Of a stretch of 35,261 nucleotides of DNA, positions 28,410 to 35,261 are shown piece after piece. This stretch comes from Candidatus Hydrogenedentota bacterium. GTDB lineage: Bacteria; Hydrogenedentota; Hydrogenedentia; Hydrogenedentales; GCA-2746185. Under the pieces are notes generated by a model. It was not told the origin of the DNA, made no database searches, and was given only the letters and a program-made list of their open reading frames with translations. The DNA is taken from positions 1 through 35,261 of the forward strand of contig JAYGCN010000060.1 in assembly GCA_046583315.1 (NCBI GenBank). The letters run 5' to 3'. A program made the translations under genes and the position numbers. Every line of letters begins with the position of its first letter. The stretch's first letter is position 1.

Positions 28410-29909
28410 CACTCGTTCCAACGTGTGATCGCTGATTTCGGTGTAGGTTTGGTTGGATTTTGCGAGTTGTTTCTTGAAGGCGGATTGCTGGTCTTCGGAG
28501 TCGAATTCGAGGCCGAGCAGGGCGCGCCCGACTTGTTCGCCGGTGTAGGCGTAGTTGAAGTAGCACATGTTGGCTTTGCCTTTGATGCTTTCTAGGAATT
28601 CGTGAAGCGCGCCTGCGCGTTCGGGGAATTCCAGCTTGATGAAGTAGGGAAACTTGAAGAGATCGGGTTCGTAGTGGATGATGCGGAATTCGACGTCTTC
28701 CTGTGACGTCACGTCTTCGTGGGGAATGCCGAGATCGTTGAGCCGTTTTTGGAGGAGCTCGATTTCCATGGGCGACGCTTCGAATCCGATTACCGGGAAA
28801 GCCTTGTCTTCCGCGACCTTGCCGTATTGGAATTCGATGATGTTTACGCCGTCGAGGGCGGTGCTGATGAGGTCGAGCATGCCTCCACTGTATTCACCGA
28901 TTTCAAATCGCATATAGCGGCGACGGCCACCACCGATTCCTGCGTGACGTCCTATCCACGCCAACTGTCCGAAATCGAGGTTGCTGCCGCACACAATGCA
29001 CAGCGCCTTTCTGCCCGAGACTTGCTCGTGCTGTTTGAGGAGTCCGGCGAGTCCCATGGCACCGGCGGGTTCAGGAATGCAGCGTCTCGCTTCCCAGAGG
29101 AGCTGGATCGCCGCGCAGACTTCTTCGTTGGTGACGGTGATGAATTCGTCGATGAGCTCGCTGCATAGCGCGTAGGTGAGGTCGCCTGCTTTCTTGACCG
29201 CTGTGCCGTCACAGAATACATCAACGTAATCGAGTTCGACGGGTTCTCCGGCTTCGATGGCGGCTTTCATGCAGGCCTGGTCGACGCCTTCGACCCCGAC
29301 GATTCTGATGTCGGGATAATAATGTTTCAGCCAGCACGCAACGGAGGACGCCATGCCGCCTCCGCCGATTTGCAGGTACGCCACATCAAAGGGGCCGTGT
29401 CCGGACATGACCACTTCGTCGGCGAGGGTGCCTTGTCCGCCCATGGTGGCGAGGTCATCGAAGGGATGAATAAAGGTTGAATCGGAATTGTGGAGGTCCT
29501 CGTAGGCGAGTTCAGCCGCTTCGGAATAGTTGTCGCCGTGCAGGATGATTTCAACTCGCTCGCCACCGTGTTTCCGGACGGCGATCTGTTTCATCTGAGG
29601 CGTGGATTGGGGCATGTAGATGCGGGCATTGATTCCGAGTTTCTGGGCCGCGAGAGCGACGCCCTGAGCGTGATTTCCGGCCGAGGCGGCTACGACCCCG
29701 TTTTTACGTTCAGATTCGGACAACAGGGCCATCCGGTTATACGCGCCACGCCATTTGTAGGCGTGAATGGGGGATAGATCCTCACGTTTGAGGTAGACTT
29801 CAGCCATGACGGGCAGGGGTACACACTCCAGCGGTGTCGGCTCACCGATCTCGTACACGCGCTGGCGTGCAAGCAGGATTTCCTGAAATAGTTGGTCGCG
29901 CAATGACAT
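28404..29909 (-). CDS. ilvA: Threonine ammonia-lyase, biosynthetic (with two ACT-like regulatory domains)
   Basis: LKREDL, PLP-Lys motif AYKWRGA, ASAGNHAQG, HPFDD, IGGGG, EPAGA and FPERAGAL; 501 aa. Overlaps the convergent gene by 6 bp. Confidence 0.93.
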   Translation of the reverse strand: MSLRDQLFQEILLARQRVYEIGEPTPLECVPLPVMAEVYLKREDLSPIHAYKWRGAYNRMALLSESERKNGVVAASAGNHAQGVALAAQKLGINARIYMPQSTPQMKQIAVRKHGGERVEIILHGDNYSEAAELAYEDLHNSDSTFIHPFDDLATMGGQGTLADEVVMSGHGPFDVAYLQIGGGGMASSVACWLKHYYPDIRIVGVEGVDQACMKAAIEAGEPVELDYVDVFCDGTAVKKAGDLTYALCSELIDEFITVTNEEVCAAIQLLWEARRCIPEPAGAMGLAGLLKQHEQVSGRKALCIVCGSNLDFGQLAWIGRHAGIGGGRRRYMRFEIGEYSGGMLDLISTALDGVNIIEFQYGKVAEDKAFPVIGFEASPMEIELLQKRLNDLGIPHEDVTSQEDVEFRIIHYEPDLFKFPYFIKLEFPERAGALHEFLESIKGKANMCYFNYAYTGEQVGRALLGLEFDSEDQQSAFKKQLAKSNQTYTEISDHTLERVL

Positions 29910-29974
29910 GAAATACCCTTTTCTACATAGACTAACGGCGGAACATGCATACTACCCGATTGAAAGCCCATTTC

Positions 29975-30135
29975 TCACGCAGAGCCGCAAAGAGCGCAGA
30001 GGAAGAAACTGAAAATCGCTAAGAGCTTTGACCACCACGCTAAAGACGTGGACTGCGTCAGATTTCACAGATGAGCACAGATTTAAGAAACCGAAAACGG
30101 CGTTTCACCGCGGAGTCGCGGAGAGCGCGGAGGAA
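29975..30135. repeat. Cluster of short direct repeats and a REP-like palindrome
   Basis: 27-bp units at 29978-30004 and 30109-30135 (22/27 identical); triple CAGAT at 30059-30082; CCACG-CTAAAGA-CGTGG hairpin at 30035-30051; AAGAAACYGAAAA twice (30003, 30085). Confidence 0.7.
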
Positions 30136-30219
30136 CTGCAAAAAGCAAGAATCATTGTCAGCCAACGTGAAATATAGTACGTTGCTGGAAGATCATGCAT
30201 ATTGACGGAACAACCAAGA

Positions 30220-30241
30220 AAAAGGGTGCCTGTCCCTATTT
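30220..30241 (+). repeat. Left copy of 22-bp imperfect inverted repeat flanking the Sel1 gene
   Basis: AAAAGGGTGCCTGTCCCTATTT is 19/22 identical to the reverse complement of 31895-31916. Confidence 0.7.
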
Positions 30242-30315
30242 ACACTAAGCGGGAAACGACAGCCGGTATCTTTGCAAAATCGCGAGATTGAGCTTCGCTC
30301 AGAATTAGAGATGAT

Positions 30316-31688
30316 TTAATTCTCCAACATTTCAGCCTTGAATTCCCTATATTCATTCGCGTGTCTCTCAGATATTACCTTTTCAAGTCCTTCGGCGGCG
30401 ATTTTGTCGTATCGCCCTTCGCCCAACGGAGCGGCGACAAAGGTAGACGGATCCGGCCTAGTCGAAAGGGTCGGTTCTTCAGGAATGAATACTGGGTCCG
30501 GGATATTCGTAGGGTCTTGTAACCATTCTTTGGCTATTGATTGCGCATGGGCTATCTGTTCACGCGGCATTAACTCGGCGACTTTTACTCTACGTTCTTT
30601 GCCCTCCGTCATTCCTCCAACGCTGGAAAGGTTGAACCACATATGGGCAGTCACGAGGTATCTAGTTTTATACCGAAGTACAGCTTCCTCTGCACGATTC
30701 TCAAACGTCATACCTAATAAAAAACGTGCTTCGACATTCCCATTCTCTGCAGCCCACTGTAGCCAAAAGATTCGATCCATTTTATTCGAGGAATATGATT
30801 TGTTGCGGTAAAACCCAAAACCGTATTGCCCCATTCTCAACGAAGCCTCGGTATGCCCTTGTGCAGCAGCTTTATGCCACCATCGCACGGTCTCTGCACG
30901 TTCTTCCAGAACATTACGATGGAGGTCACCCATCCAAAACTGCGCCTTGGGGTTGCCGCCCTCGGCCGATTTACGAATCCATTTCGCGGCTTCGTCAAAA
31001 CTCCTTTTCAGTCCACGTCCGTGAAGATACTTTAATCCGAGATTAAGCTGCGCGTTGGCATCTCCTGCATCAGCTCCAAGCCTGTACGCTTTGACGGCCA
31101 ATTTGTAATCTTTAGGCACTCCCCGCCCTTGCTCATGTATCAGGCCCCATTCATCGAAAGCTTCGATGTACCCTTTATTTGCCGCTCCAATAAAGTACGT
31201 TAAAGCCACATCATAATTCACATCTACTCCGATACCGATTTTGTATATCAGACCTAACTTAAACTGCGCTTCGGATGATTCCTGCTCCGATGCCATCAGA
31301 TACCATTCCAGTGCTTGCTGTTCATTTTTTGACACGCCGATGCCACTGGAGTACATATCTCCCAACAATACCTGAGCCTCAATGAGGCCCTGTTCGGCAG
31401 CCTTGCGATGCCAGTTGGCTGCCTCCGAAATATTCTTCGGTACTCCAATACCACTCTGGTACATTAGGCCCATATCGAATTGCGCGGCGGGAACACCCTG
31501 TTCAGCCGCCATCCGATACCATTTTTCGGCCTCAGAAAAATCTTCGAGTACGCCATCTCCTCGAAGATACATTTTCCCAAGTTTCATTTGGGCTTCCGGG
31601 TCACCGCCCTCGGCAAGCTTTCAACGTTCTGGCCCAAGCATGCGACAGGTATACACATGATGACGAATATAATAGCGGTAGCTCGCAT
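30316..31688 (-). CDS. Sel1-like repeat (TPR-related) secreted protein, frameshifted just after its signal peptide
   Basis: Repeated AAEQG..AQ..LG..Y..G.GV Sel1 units. AGGAG plus ATG 31688 encodes MRATAIIFVIMCIPVACLGQNVE in a different frame from KLAEGGDPEAQMKLG (track ORF start 31587). Confidence 0.88.
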
Positions 31689-31894
31689 ATCTAATCTCCT
31701 CGCTGAAAACAGGTGTTCACGTTCTGTCTGACGAGACTCTTAATCTCTGTTATCCAATTTCCTCGCGCAAGATAGAAAGTATTTTTCCTGCTTTGTCTCG
31801 TGATCCGCCCCCGTTCATGATACCAGTTGTTAAGTTAGTATAGGGTTGAGTTTTTTGTTTGTAAAGCCCTTTCTGGGAATGACGGTTTCGGGAG

Positions 31895-31916
31895 AATTAG
31901 GGACTGGCATCCTTTT
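31895..31916 (-). repeat. Right copy of 22-bp imperfect inverted repeat flanking the Sel1 gene
   Basis: AATTAGGGACTGGCATCCTTTT; reverse complement AAAAGGATGCCAGTCCCTAATT. Confidence 0.7.
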
Positions 31917-31952
31917 CTCATAGAGCAAGCAGCGAGGCTCCTGCCTTCCTCG

Positions 31953-33281
31953 CTAAATACTATCTTCTTGCAGGGGTTCGCTTCTCTTGGTTCTCAGGGT
32001 GCGTTTGATTCTTTGGTCTACGTCTCTTTTGCCGAGGAAGAACATGGCTATTGCGGAGCAGAGGTAGATGACGAGGAAGATTCTGAGGACGAGGATGTAG
32101 TTGCCGGTTTGGTCGTAGATGTATCCGGCGAGGGGCAGTCCGGTGATTTGGATGGGCAGCATGCAGGGGGACATCATGCCCATGATGGTGCCGAAATTTT
32201 CGCGTCCGAAGACTTCGCCGATGAGTGAGCCCCAGAGGGGTACGATGCCACCCATGCCGAAGCCGAAGAAGGCTGCGGCGAATTGCATCATCGTGTGCGA
32301 ATCGCCCATGGTGAACAGAAACGCGCCGGTGGCCTGGAATGCGATGGAGATCCACACGGCGATGCGGGTGTCGATGTGGTCGGCTATCCAGCCGAACATG
32401 ACTTTTCCGATGACGCCTACGCCTGCGGAGAGGGATAGCAGGAATGCGGCCTGGGTGGGGGTGAGTCCGCGGTCGATGGCCATGGGGATCATGTGGGTGA
32501 GGATTGCGCCGATACAATGCATGCACAGGGCGATGGAGACGACGATGGACCAGAAATTGCCGTTGGTCACTAACTGACGAAAGGTCCAGGATTGGTGTTC
32601 GATGGCATCGGATGCTTTTTGGTCTTCGGTCTCGAAGCTGGCGACGGAATGGACGAGTCCCTGGGGGGGTAGTGCGTCGGGAGATGATTCTCCATCGGGG
32701 TAGAGGCCTTTTTCTTCGGGTCGGTTGTACACGAGGAAGTAGACCATGGGCACGACGACGATGAGGCCGACGAGTCCGAAAACGATAAAGGTGTATCGCC
32801 AGCCGATGTATCCGATGAGGGCCATGGAGATTGGGGCCATGACCATGCCGGACATGGACACGCCCATGGTGGCGATGCCGAGTGCAGTGCCGCGCCGTTT
32901 GATGAACCAGTTGGCGACGAGGGTCTGGCTGGGGATCATGCCGAGCATGGCTTCGCCGAGTCCGAGTATGGTGCCGAGGATGACGTAGAACTGCCAGAGG
33001 GCTGTGATTTGCGCGGCCATGAAGAAGCCGGTGGCCATGAGGCATGCGCCTACGAGCATGATGCTGCGGATGGAATAACGGTCGACGGCTTTACCGAGGA
33101 AGGGTGCCATGACGCCCATGGTGATGTTCATGAAGGCGAGTCCCATTGAAATTCCGAAACGGGAGCTGCCGAATTCTTCTTCGAGTGCGAGGAAGAATAC
33201 GCCGTAGGAATAGAAGAGGAAACCGATGGAAATGAAGAGGGTGGTGAATGAAACGCCTACTATTTTCCAGCCGTAGTACAT
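31953..33281 (-). CDS. MFS transporter (oxalate/formate antiporter- or monocarboxylate-porter-like)
   Basis: About 12 hydrophobic segments; YYGWKIV start, motif A GKAVDRYSIR, NWFIKRRGTALG and GWIADHID. Confidence 0.93.
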   Translation of the reverse strand: MYYGWKIVGVSFTTLFISIGFLFYSYGVFFLALEEEFGSSRFGISMGLAFMNITMGVMAPFLGKAVDRYSIRSIMLVGACLMATGFFMAAQITALWQFYVILGTILGLGEAMLGMIPSQTLVANWFIKRRGTALGIATMGVSMSGMVMAPISMALIGYIGWRYTFIVFGLVGLIVVVPMVYFLVYNRPEEKGLYPDGESSPDALPPQGLVHSVASFETEDQKASDAIEHQSWTFRQLVTNGNFWSIVVSIALCMHCIGAILTHMIPMAIDRGLTPTQAAFLLSLSAGVGVIGKVMFGWIADHIDTRIAVWISIAFQATGAFLFTMGDSHTMMQFAAAFFGFGMGGIVPLWGSLIGEVFGRENFGTIMGMMSPCMLPIQITGLPLAGYIYDQTGNYILVLRIFLVIYLCSAIAMFFLGKRDVDQRIKRTLRTKRSEPLQEDSI

Positions 33282-33396
33282 GTGGAATCGGGAATCCTTT
33301 TGGGTTTGGAGAGCACCTGAAGGTTCGCGACTCCATGCGCAAAGTATACGAAATATCGGGCATCAAATGCGAATACTTCGTATCTTAACTATTTGG

Positions 33397-33443
33397 TTGT
33401 ACGGGGTTAGGACGATTCATTATCATTGTGTACTTCCAGTACA
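33397..33443 (+). promoter_or_regulatory. Possible sigma-70 promoter with downstream palindromic operator for the acyl-CoA ligase
   Basis: TTGTAC-18 bp-TATCAT followed by TGTACT-TCC-AGTACA (33429-33443). Confidence 0.35.
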
Positions 33444-33471
33444 AAAGTATTGCCAATAAGGGTTATTTTGA

Positions 33472-34986
33472 ATGAATGCAGCAGAGTTTACGCGTGAGAG
33501 TATAGAAAAATTTGGAGAATATACCGCCTTTCAGTTTGAGGGGCGCGAGTGGAGCAATCTTGAGCATGATGCCTTCGCGAGTCGATTGGCGACGGTGCTG
33601 AAGGATCGCGGCGTGAAGCGTGGGGATCGGGTGCCGGTGGTGATGCCGAACTGTCCGGAGGTGCTCGCGTGTTTCCAGGCCATCTGGAAACTGGGCGCGG
33701 TCATCGTGCCGACGACACCGCAGCTCGGTGTGCGTGAGTTGGGATATGTGTTGAATCACTCGGATGCGGAGAAGGTGATTACATCTCCCGCGTTGGCCGA
33801 AAAAGTGTTGGATGCGGCTGGCGACGCGTCGCCGTGTAAAGAAGTATTAACCATCGGCGCGTCGGGAGTTGACGGCGCGATTGATATTGAATCGGATATC
33901 GCTTCGGCAGATGCCTACCCGGATATTATTTCGTGTGACCCGGACGAAATGGCGTTTCTCTTGTATACCTCCGGAACGACTGGTCATCCCAAAGGCGTGA
34001 TGTTGACGCACAATAATATCATGTCGAATCATCGTGCCGTGGCGGAGTTCGATCGCGTACCGGAACGATCTCAGACGATTTTGGTGCTGCCGCTGAGTCA
34101 TTCGTTCGGCGTATTGATGATGCATCAGTGCAGTATTGCTGGCGCGACCGCTGCGGTGATGCCGGGATTCGATCCGGTGAAAATGTTGCGCCTGATTCAG
34201 GACTACAAGGTGCTCAGTTATTCGATGGTGCCGACGATGCTGGTGAAATTGGTGAATACGCCGGAGCGGCATAATTTCGATACCTCGAGTTTGGAGTTTG
34301 TGAACTCGGGTGGGGCGATTTTACCGAATGAAGTGCGCGTGGCATTTGAGAGAGAATTCAAGTGCAAGGTGTTGGATGGGTATGGGCTATCGGAATGTGC
34401 GCCGACGGCGACTTCGTATCCGACCTCCGAAACGATTCGGCCAGGATCGATTGGAAAGCCGATTCCGGGCGTGACTGTAACGATACAGGATGAGGAGGGG
34501 AACACCTTGCCTCCGAACACGCCGGGTGAAATCTGTATTGACGGGCCGAATGTGATGAAGGGGTATTGGAAAGACGCGGAGACCACGAAAGAGGCGTTGC
34601 GTGGCGGTGTGTTGCATTCGGGGGATGTCGGAAAGTTGGATGACGATGGTTACTTATTCTTGACGGACCGTATGAAGGATTTGATTATTAAGGGGGGTGA
34701 GAATATTTCGCCGCGCGAGATTGAGGATGGTTTTTACAATCACCCGGCGGTCGAGGAAGTGTCGGTGGTCGGTGTGCCGGACATGACGTATGGGGAAAAT
34801 ATTGTCGCGGTGATGTCAATTAAGGATGGGTTTGATGTGACCGAGGCGGAACTGCTGGAAACGGTCGCGCAATACATCACGAAGTTTAAGATTCCGAAAC
34901 GAATTGATTTTCGGGATGAGTTGCCGCGTAATCCGAATGGGAAGATAGATCGGAAACGCTTGCGCGTTGAGGCGGCGGATGTATAG
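33472..34986 (+). CDS. Long-chain fatty acid-CoA ligase / AMP-dependent synthetase
   Basis: YTSGTTGHPKG, GYGLSEC, SGDVG, DRMKDLIIKGGENI and PRNPNGKI. Confidence 0.95.
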   Translation: MNAAEFTRESIEKFGEYTAFQFEGREWSNLEHDAFASRLATVLKDRGVKRGDRVPVVMPNCPEVLACFQAIWKLGAVIVPTTPQLGVRELGYVLNHSDAEKVITSPALAEKVLDAAGDASPCKEVLTIGASGVDGAIDIESDIASADAYPDIISCDPDEMAFLLYTSGTTGHPKGVMLTHNNIMSNHRAVAEFDRVPERSQTILVLPLSHSFGVLMMHQCSIAGATAAVMPGFDPVKMLRLIQDYKVLSYSMVPTMLVKLVNTPERHNFDTSSLEFVNSGGAILPNEVRVAFEREFKCKVLDGYGLSECAPTATSYPTSETIRPGSIGKPIPGVTVTIQDEEGNTLPPNTPGEICIDGPNVMKGYWKDAETTKEALRGGVLHSGDVGKLDDDGYLFLTDRMKDLIIKGGENISPREIEDGFYNHPAVEEVSVVGVPDMTYGENIVAVMSIKDGFDVTEAELLETVAQYITKFKIPKRIDFRDELPRNPNGKIDRKRLRVEAADV

Positions 34987-35261
34987 ATGCTGAATAGACG
35001 AAATTTCTTGAAATTTGGAGTGGCATCGCCGCTTGTAGCACTGGCCGGATGTAATACGTTGAATTCCAGTTCGCTGAAGACGTCCTTATCACAGAAACGT
35101 TTCTTTTTTACGTCGCAGGGCAAGACGACGATGATGAATGGGGACGGGAGTGGATCGCGTTATCTGGAGTTTGATGCGCCTGGTCAGGCGACGTGGCAAC
35201 CGGGCGCGTTTTTTTCGGATGGGCGTGCGCTGATTTTGAGCATGGAGCCGCGGCGGGATGG
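34987..35261 (+). CDS. Partial Tat-exported lipoprotein, possibly a TolB/PD40-like beta-propeller (runs off the window; not in the ORF track)
   Basis: My translation is MLNRRNFLKFGVASPLVALAGCNTLN...FFFTSQGKTTMMNGDGSGSRYL...WQPGAFFSDGR, showing NRRNFLK and the LAGC lipobox. The ATG immediately follows the ligase stop. Confidence 0.75.
   Translation, partial: MLNRRNFLKFGVASPLVALAGCNTLNSSSLKTSLSQKRFFFTSQGKTTMMNGDGSGSRYLEFDAPGQATWQPGAFFSDGRALILSMEPRRD

Noticed and set aside
29975..30135. Possible CRISPR array or ilvA attenuator
   Set aside because: The repeats are few, heterogeneous and irregularly spaced with no cas genes. I found no Ile/Leu/Val-rich leader peptide with a terminator.
31960..33045. 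361-aa Arg/His/Pro-rich ORF in an alternative frame of the MFS gene
   Set aside because: It is a by-product of strongly C-ending codons in the real gene, and its composition is not protein-like.

Overview
Gene-dense bacterial chromosomal window, roughly mid-50s % GC by eye. It holds about 27 protein-coding genes; I see no rRNA, tRNA, CRISPR array or transposase. The gene content (PVC-type heme/dehydrogenase protein, DUF1552/DUF1592 pair) suggests a Planctomycetes/Verrucomicrobia/Hydrogenedentes-like organism, which is an inference only. Left to right: a periplasmic redox cluster (split SGNH/dehydrogenase/cupredoxin/cytochrome c gene facing an arylsulfotransferase-DUF1592-DUF1552 operon); mnmG, a membrane protein, cinA, rlpA; yqaA-like and surE divergent from an inositol-monophosphatase-family gene with a histone-H1-like Lys-rich tail; a MacAB-like ABC exporter; a serine hydrolase, a VOC protein and a broken sigma-54 activator; a small Cys-rich protein coupled to a BNR-repeat protein; scramblase-like, PIG-L deacetylase and ilvA genes; a repeat-rich spacer and an inverted-repeat-flanked Sel1 gene; an MFS transporter, an acyl-CoA ligase and a partial Tat lipoprotein. 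The strongest leads are: (1) an A9 run plus a long hairpin exactly at a domain boundary, a possible programmed slippage or frameshift giving a dehydrogenase with or without its Cu/heme module; (2) a C-rich to G-rich strand-skew switch near mnmG with an AT-rich spacer carrying degenerate DnaA boxes, a candidate dnaA-unlinked oriC; (3) the histone-tailed phosphatase beside that spacer. Three homopolymer frameshifts occur in the window, so sequencing error must be excluded.
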